Notes under the pieces: model-generated
The model's input: the letters and a program-made list of their open reading frames with translations, nothing else
Databases searched by the model: none
Told to the model about the DNA's origin: nothing
Part shown: piece by piece, positions 50,475-64,000 of the stretch
Position numbering within the stretch: position 1 is the stretch's first letter
How the letters are laid out: the number at the start of each line of letters is the position of its first letter
Source of the DNA: Sphyrna mokarran
Taxonomy: Eukaryota
DNA length: 64,000 nt
Direction of reading: 5' to 3'
Assembly: GCA_024679065.1 (NCBI GenBank)
Contig: JAGIQG010000007.1
Location: forward strand, 82,584,001-82,648,000
Program-made: the position numbers and the translations under genes

Positions 50475-53400
50475 CATAGAAACACAGAAACTAGAAGCTG
50501 GAGGAGGCCATTCAGCCCTTTGAGCCTGTTCTAACATACATCTTGATCATGGCTTATCATCGAATTCAATATCCAGATCCCCCCTACCTCCCATATCCCT
50601 TGATCTCTTTGGCCCCAACAGCTATATCTAATTTGTTTTCAAAATCAGATAACATTTTGGCTTCAACTACTTTCTGTGGTAGTGAATTCCACACATTCAC
50701 CACCCTCTGGGTGAAGAAATTTCTCCTCACAGTTCTAGAAGATTTACTTCTTATCCTCAAACTATGACACCTAATTCTGTACTCCCCCACCATTGGGTAC
50801 ACTCTTTCTGAATCTACCCTGTCTAACCCTGTTAGAATTTTATAAATTTCTATGAGATCCCTTCTCACTCTTCTAAACTTCAGTGAATACAACCCTAAAA
50901 CTGCACTCCTCTGACTTTCTGCGCATTTGAGCATTGCCTTCTCTTGGCTTCAATATTGGTGACCAAATTTTCAGCTACCCAAGTCCCATTTGCTGGAATT
51001 CCTTTTCTAAGCCTCTTTGTCTCTTCCGACTCATTTTTGGACCCAGCTTTCTGAGCAAGATTTTATTTATTCATTTTATACATGCCTAGATTGGGGTATG
51101 CAGCTATGATAAAAGTGCTAACTTAATTCAAATTATTGTTAGGTCACAGAGAATCATGCCTGGTTAACTGAATAATCATATTATGGAGGAAGAGGCAGCA
51201 GGAAATCATCAAGTAGGCAATGTGTCAACCTTGAAAAAAGTGAACAGACACAAGTATTGCATGCTGAGGCTCTGAAGAGTGGGATTGATTGGTCTCTTAC
51301 ATTTTGCAGAGATAGTGAAGTGGGAGAACTGCCCTATCAGCAAAAGATCACTACTCTGGGAAAGGAGACAATGAGTTTGAAGGTATAAAGAAGATAAGAA
51401 AATAGAGAGGTTTCAGGAGGAAGACCTGGGTATATACTAAAGTATTACTAAGGGGGTGAGGCAAGGAGCACTCAGTTGAGTGACCAAATATATGGGGGAG
51501 GATATTGCAGAGACAGAATGGATAAAAGCCATGGAGTAATTTAAAGGTGATTTTAAGTTCAATGTGTGAAGTGACTGCTGAAAACCAGAATTTTGGATAA
51601 TCCATATCTAGTATAAGTCAGTTTGTGGGCAATTAATGTTTGGACACATTATAGCATATTGAGGTAGAGAAGGTAAGACCAGTAAGGTAAATACTCTTGT
51701 GACTGACTTTAATTGAGAAAAAAAGATGGATAAAGGTTTTGTTGGAGTTTTGAGGCAGGAAGATGGAAGAGCTTGTATAAGACATTGGTGAGGCCGAATT
51801 TAGAGTATTGTGTGCAGTTTTGGTGACCTAATTATGGGAAGGATACGAATAAGGTTGAAAGAGTACAGAGAAGGTTTACAAGGATGTTGCTAGGACTTGA
51901 AAAACTGAGTTACAGAGAAAGGTTGAATAAGTTAGGACTTTATTCACTGGAGCACAGAGGAATGAGGGGAGATTTGATAGAGGTGTATAAAATTATGATG
52001 GGTATAGATAGAATGAATGCAAGCAGGCTTTTTCCGTGAGGCTAGGGAAGAAAAAAACTAGAGGACATGGGTTAAGAGTGAAGGGGGAAAAGTTTAAAGG
52101 GACTATTATGGGGGAGCTTCTTCACACAGAGAGTGGTGGGAGTGTGGAATGAGCTGCCAGATGAAGTGGTAAATGTGGGCTCATTTTTAACATTTAGGAG
52201 AAACTTGGACAGGTACATGGATGAGAGGGGTGTGAAGGGATATGGTCCAGGTGCAGGTCAGTGGGACTAAGCAGAAAAATGGTTCGGCACAGCCAAAAAG
52301 GGCCAGAAGGCCTGTTTCTGTGCTGTAGTGTTCTATGGTTCTAAGGTTCTAAGAGGGCAATGTTGTAGGAGATAAGCAGTTTTGGTGATGGCCAAGATGT
52401 TGGGTCTGGATTAGATATTGATGAAGATATGCTGGATCTGATTGGATGGGCAAGAGCGGAATTACCTCCAGAGAGCTGGGTAACAGAGGAGAGATACTGG
52501 AGGAATGGAGTAGACCCATTATGCTTAAACTGTAAGCAAATTCTAGATGAATAATGGACCAACATAGCAATCACAGAGGATGTCATCTTCAGGTTCAGCC
52601 AAGTATTCTCTATGCTGGTAGAAGGGAAAGAAATTGGACTTGAAGGGATTTCATTGGATTGTTTGAGGAGATGTTGGAATGGAGTAGTGAGATGATGATA
52701 CATAAAATGGTCTTTAATTAGAAAGACAGTTTCAAGGCATGGCAATAGTTTGACATGGCAAAGTGGTTTTTCCACTAGAGTCATAGAAGTTTACAACACA
52801 AAAACTGGCCTTTCTGCCCAACTTGTCCATGCCATTCAGTTTTTAACCACTAAGCTAGTCCCAATTGCCTTGACCATTCAACCATAAGTCATAGGAGTAA
52901 AATTAGGCTACTTGGCCCATTGAGTCTGCTCTACCAATCAATCATGGATGAGACTTTTCTCATCCTCATTCTCCTGCATTTTCCCCATAACCCCTGATCC
53001 CCGTATTACTCAAGAACCTATCTCTCTCTAACTTAAAGACACTCAATGACTGGCCTCCACAGCCTTCTATGGCAAAGAGTTCCACTGATTCAGCACTCTG
53101 TGGCGGAAGAAATTCCTCCTCATCCCTGTTTTAAAAGGTCATCCCTTTAGTCTGAGTTTGAGCCCTCTGGTTCTAGTTTTTGCTCCTAGTGGAAGCATCC
53201 TCTTCACATCCACTCTATCCAGACCTCCCTGTATCCTGTAAGTTTCAATAACATCACGCTCATCCTTCTAAACTCCAACAAGTACAGATCCAGATTCCTC
53301 AACTGTTCCTCATATGACAAGCTCTTCATTCCAGGGATCATTCTTGTGAACATCCTCTGGACCATTTCTAAGGCTAGCACTTCCTTCCTTAGATATGGAT

Positions 53401-54660
53401 TCAAAACTGCTCACAATACTCCAAATGGGGTTCGACCAGAACCTTATGCAGCCTCAGAAATACATCCCTGTTCTTGTATTCTAGCCCTCTCGACATGAAT
53501 GCTAACACTGCATTTGCCTTCCTAACTGCCGACTGAACCTACATGTTAACTTTAAGAGAATCTTGAACAAGGACTCCCAAATCTCTTTGTGCTCCTGATT
53601 TCCTAAGCATTTCCCCATTTAGAAAATAGTCTCTGCCTCCATTCCTCCTTCCAAAGTGCATAACCTCGCACTTTTCCACATTGTATTCCATCTGCCACTT
53701 CTTTGACCACCTTCCTAATCTGTCCAAGTCCTTCTGCAACCCTCCTGCTTCCTCAATAGTACCTGTCCCTTTATATATTTTTGTATCATCTACAAACTTA
53801 GCAACAGTGCTACAGTTCCTTCTTCCAAATCATTAATGTGTATTGTGAAAAGGTGTGATCCCAGCACAAACCCCTGAAACTCACCACTAGTCATCGGCTG
53901 CCATCCTGAAAAAGACCCCTTTATCCCCACTCCCTGTCTTCTGCCAGTCAATCAATCCTTTATCCATGTCAGGATCATACTCTTAACATCATAGGCTCTT
54001 AACTTATTGAACAGTCTCCTACATGGCACCTTGTCAAAGGCCTTCTGGAAATCTAAATAAATCATGTCCATAGGTTCTCCTTTATCAAACTTCCTTGTTA
54101 CCTCCTCAAAGAACTCTAACAGATATGTCAGACATGAACTCTCCTTGATGAAGCCATGCTGACTCCGTCCTATTTGATCCTGCACTTCCAAATACAGTGC
54201 GACCTCATCTTTAATAATGGGCTCTGAAATCTTGCCAATGACCGAAATCAGGCTAACCAGCCTATAATTTACCATCTGCTGTATCTCTCCTTTCTTAAAC
54301 ATTGATGTTCCATTAGCTACTTTCCAGTCCTCTGGGACCCTCCCTGGCTCCAGTAATTGCTGAAAGATTACTAACAATGCCTCCACAATTTCCTCAGCTA
54401 GTTCTTTTAGCATCCTGGGGTGTAGTCCATCTGGTCCAGGTGATTTGTCCATCTTCAGATGTTTCAGTTTCCTCAAAAACTTCTTCTTCATGATGGTCAC
54501 TATATTCACCTGTTCCCCATGATTCTCCTGGAGCCCTGGCATCCCATTGGTGTCTTCCACCATGAAAAATGATGCAAAAATAACTATTCAGTACCTCTGC
54601 CATTGCTTTGTTTCCTATTATTATTTCTCCAGCCTCACTTTCCAGTGATTCCATGTCTAT
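50475..54660. mobile_element. CR1 fragments: 50475-50895 (-), 51780-52345 (+), 52880-54660 (-)
   Basis: 203-aa ORF KSPGPDGLHPRML...LDFQKAFDKVP; FFTQRVVNVWNSLP. Confidence 0.9.
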
Positions 54661-56274
54661 TTTTGAATATTGTTCGTGGTTCCAGACACTGACCCATAGG
54701 GAGGGGAATGTCCAAGTCCTGAATGAGTGGAAAGAAGGGTGACCAAGTTAGCAAATGTGATTCAAAATCTGTGATTTGAGGGGGAAATACAGGCACTCAG
54801 GATTCTTGATTGCATAAAGGATGGAAAGTTAATCTTTCCTGTAAATTCAAAACTTCAGAGAAAGTGATTAACTGGATACTACAAGCAAGTACATTTACAC
54901 AAATGGACAGTGACTCGGTTTAGACAAGACATAGAGTTTGGGTAAAACATAGCCACAAGGCAGAATGGTGAATATAAATGTATATCTATATAAATATAAC
55001 AACTCAGCAATGGAATTTGGAATTAGAATAAATATGTTCTTGATTGTTGGAACTGACACAATGGGCCAAAAGGCTTCATTTTGTGCTGTTAAACTCTATG
55101 GAAATGGAACAAATTTCACGTGTCAAGAAATGATTTTTTTAGTCGATTTGAAAGACAAAAATGGAGCATGAATTTTGGTATCAGAAGGATAGGAGTGCCT
55201 CTTTGTTGTCCTGATGGCTCTTTCACATTAACTGGCACTGGATAATTAATTTTTGAGGAGTAATACACTAATACTCAGGTATTCGTTAATTGGATTCATG
55301 TATTGAGTTCATTTCTTTATTAATTCAGATTAATAGTTTAGTGATAATATCACTTGGCCATCATTTCCCCATCAAACCATGAAAATGTGAACTGTTAGTT
55401 GGTCTGCCTGCTGCTAATGATTAACCTAGTTAAGAATACTGGCTCACTTTGGAGAGCAGGTGGAATTGATGTTGAAGATCAGCCACAATTGTATTGAATA
55501 TGGAGCAGATTCCACGAGTTATTTTGTTTATCCTATCGATTATGATCTTATTCTCCACTTGAGGCAGAAATTATAGTGGGTGGATCATTGAGCATTGAGG
55601 TCAATGAGCCATTTCTATCAGATGAAGATTGGAGTAAATCCAAATTTCTTCACTGCTGCATGATGTCACTGCAATGAGACACTTCAGACCCTCCCCAAAT
55701 TCCTTGAATCAGGAACTCCTGATTCAAGTGTTTATCAGAGCAAAACGTGACCTCATGTGAAAGTAATCCAGCAGATAGATGCAGAAGCAATCTTCCAATC
55801 ATATCAATAATGCGATATTAACTATGTCCTGTCAATATTTATCTCAACTCAGATATTCTGTCAATAAGACCACTCACCCTTTACACAAAATAGTTTTCTA
55901 CAGATAGTATCCATTGCTCACTTATATGTTTGTGTGACAAACATTTCACATTCAATCAGGAAAAAAATTAAAATAGCTCTGTCTCAGTTCCAAACTAATT
56001 TCACTGCTCCTCACCCTCCCCAAATTCCTATCTCTATCTACTTCAAGTCTAAATTAGTATTTATCCACATTTTAAAAAAATGTGCAATGATATCTTCTTT
56101 AATCATTTCCTACTGCAACATGTTCCCTGTTTCAATGGCCATCTGTGCAAAGATTTTTTAAAATCAAATTTCTCCGTGTTTAGCAATGAACAACTGTGAG
56201 TATAAAATTCTCACTAACAACCCAACTGAAGAGAACAGCCATGTTCTATCATTTGGATGTCAGCCCTTGCTCAT

Positions 56275-56600
56275 GATTCTGAATCAAAAGGTTCAGGGTC
56301 ATGTAACACTCCAAGGAGGGCATGAGCACATAAATCGAATTGGCTATTGCAGTGTAGTACTAAAGGAGCACTGCACCATTGCATGAGCTGCTTTCAGATG
56401 AGGTATTAAACTGAGAATCTATCTGACTGCTCAATTGGCTGTAAAATATCCCATGGCACTATTCTGAAGAAGAACAGAGGAATTATCTTCTGTGTCCTGG
56501 TCAATATTTATCCCTCAATGGACATCACAAAAACATTGTTATTGTTCTTTATGGGATATTACTGTGCACAATTGGCTGCTATATTTTCTATGTTACAATA
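56275..56600 (+). mobile_element. Deu-domain SINE
   Basis: ctttcagatgaggtattaaactgag...cccatggcactattctgaagaagaacag...gtcctggtcaatatttatccctcaa. Confidence 0.7.
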
Positions 56601-57834
56601 ATTCAAGTGCAACTCATGAGCTGGAAAGTCCTTTGCGTGTTCAAATTACCTTCCTTTTTCTCTTTATTTTTTCCAGTGTCAATGGAAAAGTTCCTCAGAG
56701 ACATTGACAATAAAAGCTGTAGAACAAAAGAATGTAAAACTTCCAGAATCTCAAACTCTGGATAATGAGTTTCAGGTCCCTGGCCATGACTAGGTGAATA
56801 ACCATTCTGAACCTGCCACAGTATACTCTCCATGGCTTCAAAACCCTTTATATAATTTTGGATATTTTATCTCTAACTGCGACAAAACAAATGCTTTATA
56901 CAAATTACTTTTTTTTACTCTTAATGTCAACATTTTTAAAACTTAAAAATGTTTCAGATTCTTAATCCATTTCCACTCTATTTCAAGGCATGTTGACCAT
57001 GAGATCCACTTTCAGTGTTTATTCATTGAGACCATATCTTCACTGTCACAGCATCAGTGAGGATCTGCTGGTATTCTGGGAAGATATTCTAGTTTCTGCA
57101 TCACAATCTATTACCCTGCTGCAGATATCCACACACTTCAAATCACTGCTGAAGCATCTGATCAATCTGATGCACAGGGCTAGTGTGTACCCAAATACCC
57201 ATATGTGCTCCATGCAGTTTGAGAGAGTTGTCATTGAATAATTTTACGTCAGACTAATTTTTCTTCCATTGATCTGTGGACAGTTATTTCCGGTGTTAGC
57301 ATCGGAATTTCTCTGTCATTCACCTGTAGAGTTGAGGTGTCACTAAACCCAAATCCCCAGAGTTGTGTCTTGTGACAGGAAGTCTCATCTATCACCAAGT
57401 GCTGATAAAACACTGTCTGTTCCATCTGTCTGATTGGGTGTTTAGATTCCCGCTGGAAAAGCAGCAACAGTAAAGCTCCATTCAAAAGGGGATGAAGGGA
57501 TTTAAGAGTAACCTTCACTGGAACAAACACACCCAGTTTGTTACGATCATTTCTGGCCTCATAATGCTCATTTTATACTCTGAGAGCTATAAATAGTAAT
57601 GGTGGATTTTTCCACAAACCTATTTACTTTGCAATAGATTTAAATATAGTCACCAGGGGAGAACTGATTCAGGGAGTATTGAAATTCTGTTTATTGATTT
57701 AATGCATTTATTTATCATAATCCAACAGATTGACAGTAAGACCTATGCATCTTTTGAGTGTGAAATCTGCTGTTCCCTTAGCAAAAACCAAGTGTAAACA
57801 GGGGGGGGGGGAGTGGAGGGCAGGGAAAATTCAC

Positions 57835-58600
57835 TACAATTAAAGCCTTAATAGGGATAGATAGGGTGGACTCTCAGAGACTATTTCCCCGAGCTGAAAT
57901 GGTCACTACGAGAGGACACAGATTTAAGGTGCAGGGAAGCAAATACAAAGGAGATGTCAGGGGTAGGTTTTTCACTCAGAGGGTGGTGAGTGAATGGAAC
58001 TGACTGCCGTCGGAGGTTGTTGAGGCAAACTCACTGGGGTCTGTTAAGAGACTTCTGGATGAGTATATGGAAAAGAATAGGATAGGGGATTATAGATAGG
58101 TCTGTGGATTGGTAGATGTGTTTGGCGCAATTCGTGGGCCGAAGGGTCTGTTTGTGCTGTATTGTTCTATGTTCTATGTTAATACAGAGGAGCAGAAGTA
58201 GGCCATTCAGCCTATCGAGTCTGTTCCACCATTCAATGAGATCATGACTGACCTGATAGAACAATTCTCAACTCCACTTTCCTGATTATCCCCATAACCC
58301 TTGATTCCGTTACTAATTAAAAATCTCAGCCTTAAGCTTATCTAATGACCCAGTCTCTACAGTGCTCTGTGGTTAAAATATTCACAGATTCACTCCTCTC
58401 TGGGAGAGGAAATTCTTTCTCATCTCCAGCTTAAATGGGTGATACTTTACTCTGAGTTTATGCCCTCTGCTCCTAGACTCCCCCACCTCCCAGTATCTAC
58501 CCTGTCAAGCCCCTTGAGAATTCTACATACCCTAATAAGGTCGTCTCTCATTCTTCTAATATCCAAAGAGTGCAGACCGAACCTACTTAGCCTTTCCTCC
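57835..58600. mobile_element. Two CR1 3' ends arranged tail to tail (57835-58180 +, 58185-58600 -)
   Basis: tttttcactcagagggtggtg...gttctatgttctatgtt, then a reverse-complemented CR1 tail. Confidence 0.85.
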
Positions 58601-58809
58601 TATCGGCGCTATATAGAAGCAGATTGTTGTTTCGGTAACGGGCTCTGCCGGATTTCTGGAAATGTAATATTTTGCACCGTTCTAAACCCGGAGTCTGAAT
58701 GTGAAGTTCGCAGCGATTTGGAAATGTTGCTGAGGTGAACTCCGGGAGTCCGCGGAGGAAACCAGAACAAAACGGAAATGCCATGACGCTGGGAATAATT
58801 TGAATCCGA

Positions 58810-61756
58810 TTCTCAGCACTCTCCGAACCTCAGCACTCCCTGATCCTCAGCACTCCCTGATCCTCAACATTCCCTGATCCTGAGCACTCCCTGATCCTCA
58901 GCACTCTCTGATCCTCAGCACTCCCTGATCCTCAGCACTCCCTGATCCTCAGCACTCCCCGATCCTCAGCACTCCCCGATCCTCAACACTCCCTGATCCT
59001 CAGCACTCCCTTATCCTCAACACTCCCTGATCCTCAACACTCTCTGATCCTCAGCACTCCCTGATCCTCAACACTCCCTGATCCTCAACACTCCCTGACC
59101 CTCAACACTCTCTGATCCTCAGCACTCCCTGATCCTCAACACTCTCTGATCCTCAACACTCCCTGATCCTCAACACTCCCTGATCCTCAACACTCTCTGA
59201 TCCTCAGCATCCCCAATCCTCAACACTCCCTGATCCTCAACACTCCCTGATCCTCAACACTCTCTGATCCTCACCACTCCCCGATCCTCAACACTCCCTG
59301 ATCCTTAGCACTCTCTGATCCTCAGCACTCTCTGATCCTCAGCACTCCGTGATCCTCAACACTCCCTGATCCTCAGCACTCTCTGATCCTCAGCACTCCC
59401 TGATCCTCAACACTCCCTGATCCTCAACACTCTCTGATCCTCAGCACTCTCTGATCCTCAGCACTCTCTGATCCTCAACACTCCCTGATCCTCAGCACAC
59501 TCTGATCCTCAGCACTCTCTGATCCTCAGCACTCCCTCCTCAGCACTCTCTGATCCTCAGCACTCCCCGATCCTCAACACTCCCTGATCCTCAGCACACT
59601 CTGATCCTCAGCACTCTCTGATCCTCAGCACTCCCTCCTCAGCACTCTCTGATCCTCAGCACTCCCTGATCCTCAGCACTCTCTGATCCTCAGCACTCCC
59701 TAATCCTCAGCACTCTCTGATCCTTAGCAGTCCCTAATCCTCAGCACTCTCTGGTCCTCAGCACTCTCTGATCCTCAGCACTCCCCGATACTCAACACTG
59801 CCCGATCCTCAGCACTCTCTGATCCTCAGCACTCCCTCCACAGCACTCTCTGATCCTCAGCACTCTCTGATCATCAGCACTCCCTAATCCTCAGCACTCT
59901 CTTGTCCTCAGCACTCTCTGATCCTCAACACTCCCCGATCCTCAACACTGCCCGATCCTCAGCACTCTCTGATCCTCAGCACTCTCTGATCCTCAACACT
60001 CCCCGATCCTCAGCACTCCCTCCTCAGCACTCTCTGATCCTCAGCACTGTCTGATCCTCAACACTCCCTGATCCTCAACACTCCCCGATCCTCAGCACTC
60101 CCCGATCCTCAGCACTCCCCGATCCTCAGCACTCTCTGATCCTCAACACTCCTGATCCTCAGCACTCCCTGATCCTCAGCACTCTCTGATCCTCAACACT
60201 CCTGATCCTCAGCACTCTCTGATCCTCAGCACTCTCTGATCCTCAGCACTCCCTGATCCTCGGCACTCTCTGATCCTCAGCACTCTCTGATCGTCAGCAC
60301 TCCCTCGTCAGCACTCTCTGATCCTCAACACTCCCTGATCCTTAGCACTCTCTGATCTTCAGCACTCCCTGATCCTCAGCACTCTCTGATCTTCAGCACT
60401 CCCTGATCCTCAGCACTCTCTGATCGTCAGCACTCCTCGTCAGCACTCTCTGATCCTCAACACTCCCTGATCCTCAGCACTCTCTGATCCTCAACACTCC
60501 TGATCCTCAGCACTCCCTGATCCTCAGCACTCCCCGATTCTCAGCACTCTCTGATCCTCAACACTCCCCGATTCTCAGCACTCTCTGATCCTCAACACTC
60601 CCCGATCCTCAGCACTCTCTGATCCTCAGCACTCTCTGATCCTCAACACTCTCTGATCCTCAACACTCCCCGATCCTCAGCACTCCCCGATCCTCAACAC
60701 TCCCTGATCCTCAGCACTCACTGATCCTGATCCTCAGCACTCTCTGATTCTCAACACTCCCTGATCCTCAGCACTCTCTGATCCTCAGCACTCCGCAATC
60801 CTCAACACTCCCTGATCCTCAGCCCTCACTGATCCTGACCCTCAGCACTCACTGATCCTGATCCTCAGCACTCTCTGATCTTCAGCACTCTCTGATCCTC
60901 AGCATTCCCCGATCCTCAGCACTCCCCGATCCTCAACACTCCCTGATCCTCAGCACTCCCCAATCCTCAGCACTCCCTGATCCTCAACACTCCCCGATCC
61001 TCAACACTCCCTGATCCCCAGCATCCCCGATCCTCAAACACCCCCCATCCCAACACTCCCCGATCCCAACACTTCCTGATCCTCAGCACTCCCCAATCCT
61101 CAGCACTCCCCGATCCTCAACACTCCCCGATCCTCAACACTCCCTGATCCTCAGCACTCTCTGACCCTCAGCACTCCCCAATCCTCAGCACTCCCCAATC
61201 CTCAACACTCCCTGATCCTCAGCCCTCACTGATCCTGATCCTCAGCACTCTCTGATCTTCAGCACTCTCTGATCCTCAGCATTCCCCGATCCTCAGCACT
61301 CCCCGATCCTCAACACTCCCTGATCCTCAGCACTCCCCAATCCTCAGCACTCCCTGATCCTCAAAAACACTCTCTGATCCTCAGACTCTCTGATCCTCAA
61401 AACACTCCCTGATACCAAACACTCTCTGATCCTTTTCCTCAGCACTCTCTGATCCTCAGCCACTCTCTGATCCTCAACAACACTCACCGATCCTCAGCAC
61501 TCCCTGATCCTCAGCACTCTCTGATCCTTTTCCTCAGCACTCTCTGATCCTCAGCACTCTCTGATCCTCAACACTCCCCGATCCTCAGCACTCCCCGATC
61601 CTCAGCACTCACTGATCCTGATCCTCAGCACTCTCTGATCCTCAACACTCTCTGATCCTCAACACTCTCTGATCCTCAACACTCCCCGATCCTCAGCACT
61701 CCCCGATCCTCAGCACTCTCTGATCCTCAGCACTCTCTATGTCTCAGTACTCTCTG
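58810..61756. repeat. 17-bp minisatellite, consensus CTCAGCACTC(C/T)CTGATC, roughly 170 units
   Basis: Directly visible tandem array with variants caacac/cagcac and ccct/tctct/cccc. Copy number estimated as length divided by 17. Confidence 0.98.
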
Positions 61757-64000
61757 TTTCTTATCAAACGGCGTTCCAAGTTTGCGATTTTTGTTCCCTC
61801 TCATTTTCCTTCACTTCCTCCCCGGGTTCACACCACCAGCGCCTGTTTATTGTCGGAGCCGTGTGAATTTTCGCATCACTGAAGGATTGACCCTCCCTAT
61901 ACAACGTGTGGATAAAACCCAGTTTCCTATCTGCGCGCAGTTCTTGTTGTCGCTTCGGTTCTGCCTCTCCTCGCCTGCCTGTGCTGAGTGTGGATTCAAC
62001 TGCTCTGCGTCTCCCGCGTCTACCCTGTGTCTTGCTGTGTCTACCCTGCTCACTCTCTGTCCAGTGCCAGTCTCCCGGCGATGGCTCCTCATTTCCTTCT
62101 GCTCAGGATGGCTTGTCTTCTCATCATCACTGGGGTCGAGGTCCGAGCTCACGGTCAGTCCAGTCAGAATCTTGTATAATGAGAGTTTGCAAACAGCGCT
62201 GCCTCATTCATTGGAAACTCTCGTGTTTTTCGGTGGGATTTGTGACAAATTAAATTGTTTTCCAAAGTAATTTTCTGATAAGTTGCACAGACGGATTCAG
62301 ACTGATGTCTAGTAATATTGGCGGGTTCATTGCTATAGAATCACGAATGGAGTATATGTTTCCTTTTGAAGTGTTTATTCGATCCTTATTTGAAAGTTAT
62401 TCCGAAATCTGTTTCAATTCTCCTCACCTCCCCTCTCTGGTCCTCTCGTCAATGATCTTAAATCTGCGTCGCCTGGTTAGCCACCCTCCTGTCGCTGCAA
62501 ACGAACTCGCCAATTCTTCATAGTTTTAACTCGAACAAATCTTCTCTAATCTCCTATTTTTAGGAGAGGAGCCTTACCTTCCCCAGTCCCTCCCCGTATT
62601 AACTGAAGTCTCTCAACCCTGGCAACATTCTAGGAAATCTCCTGTTCAATCACTCCATACGAATCTGATGGTTTAGATCATTTGAACAGACGGAGGCTAT
62701 ATTCAACCGCACGAGCCTGTTCAATTAGATCTTTGCTGTATCTTATCTTTATCTATCTGCCATCATAGATACCCTGACTAAACAGGGTAGTTTAGTCTGT
62801 TTAAACTAAAAGACTAGTTTAAACAGTCTTTTAAACTGTTCATCAATCAATCTCGAATTTTTTAACTAACCTCACCGACAACAATATTTTGGGAGAGAGA
62901 TTTCGTTTCTGGCACGTGAATACATAGCTCTAAATTTAAGGTTATGCGTGTCTTGTTCTGCAGTGAACCCACCAGCGGAAATAGTTTTTCTCTCGAGCCT
63001 CACCTGTACAACCTGTCCTCATAATGTAACCTTTTTGACCCAGATGTCACAGCTGTGCATAGCCATCTTTCTGAAGAAATTTATGTTGTCGCGAAATTGC
63101 TGTACTTCAATGTAATATTTTGATTTCTTTTCAGTTGCCAAATACAAGCACACCCATTGATCTGAGCCAAATCATGTTTTACAAAGTCCCAAATTTTATT
63201 ACAATCTGAAAGTTTGAAGTCAAAACAGACTAATGAGGATGATGAATTTTCATGATCTGATCATGCACAGACTCTGGTCATTAATGAGTTTGCTTCACGC
63301 TTTTGCATGTCCTGCTGACTAAAAGGTTTTTACATATATTGCATTGTTGGTGCTGGTTCTAATTTCTAATTTTATGTGAAATTAAATCAAGAAAGAAAAG
63401 TTTATAGTTTAAGAAAGAACAGGTGTGAGATCTGTGAAAGGGAAAGAAAGACTAGTAATTATGCAATACCTTTTAGGTCTTCATGTATCATATTATAGAT
63501 AGAATATAAACATTAGACAGAATTCATATATAAAGATATTATATGTCAGACTTGAAGAAATGGTTATAGGCAGTAAGGGGCCTTTATCCATAAGTTTTTC
63601 ACAAACACAAAAGGTCAGCACTGAATTTAATTAACAAAATGAAGATTATTTTATGTTTGTAGAATTCCCTAGAATTTTAAAAAGGCCCCATTTGAAACAC
63701 AAGTATTGCTAAGGACTATTTTTCATAATTTGAATGTTTTACTCTTTGCCTAAGGTAAAAAAGAATAGTAACATCTATTAATGACAATTCAGCCTGGAAC
63801 ATGACATTATTCTCAAAATCTAACTCAAGATATCATCATAAGCTGGTGGTCTTCTTGCAGTCACAATTGAACACTATCTGATACATTTTTACAGAACATA
63901 GGTGCATTGAAAACATAGTCTTTAAATGACCCAAATATTTTCTAAATTTTAAAATGACTACTTTTGTTTAAAATTACTCTTTGAAAATACAGAGTTCAGT

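Noticed and set aside
58810-61756. CRISPR array or coding repeat
   Set aside because: No unique spacers, eukaryotic context, and a 17-bp unit with frequent stops.

Overview
Repeat-rich vertebrate genomic DNA. The SINE/LINE families point to a cartilaginous fish (shark). The main content is the V-gene cluster of a T-cell receptor gamma (TRG) locus on the minus strand: five intact, mutually divergent V segments near 9.9, 22.2, 24.0, 29.0 and 34.2 kb. Each has a phase-1 leader exon, a GT-AG intron, an Ig V exon with the HWY and YYCAxW motifs, and a 3' RSS with a 23-bp spacer (24 bp in one). I found no J or C segment; these are expected beyond position 1. The rest is mostly nested, decayed retroelements (CR1, two RTE copies in inverted orientation, Penelope, V-SINE/HE1-like and Deu-domain SINEs), microsatellites and a ~2.9 kb 17-bp minisatellite. 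The features most worth checking are a V RSS with a second embedded nonamer (possible dual 11/23 signal), a weak RSS on the presumably most J-proximal V, a shared ETS(-CRE) promoter motif, a CTCF-like site just past the last V, a strand-asymmetric WGCW-rich tandem array that resembles a switch region, and several hairpin-forming inverted duplications. The locus type itself is known biology. The novel claims are hypotheses and are labelled as such. V1-V5 are my own labels, in coordinate order.
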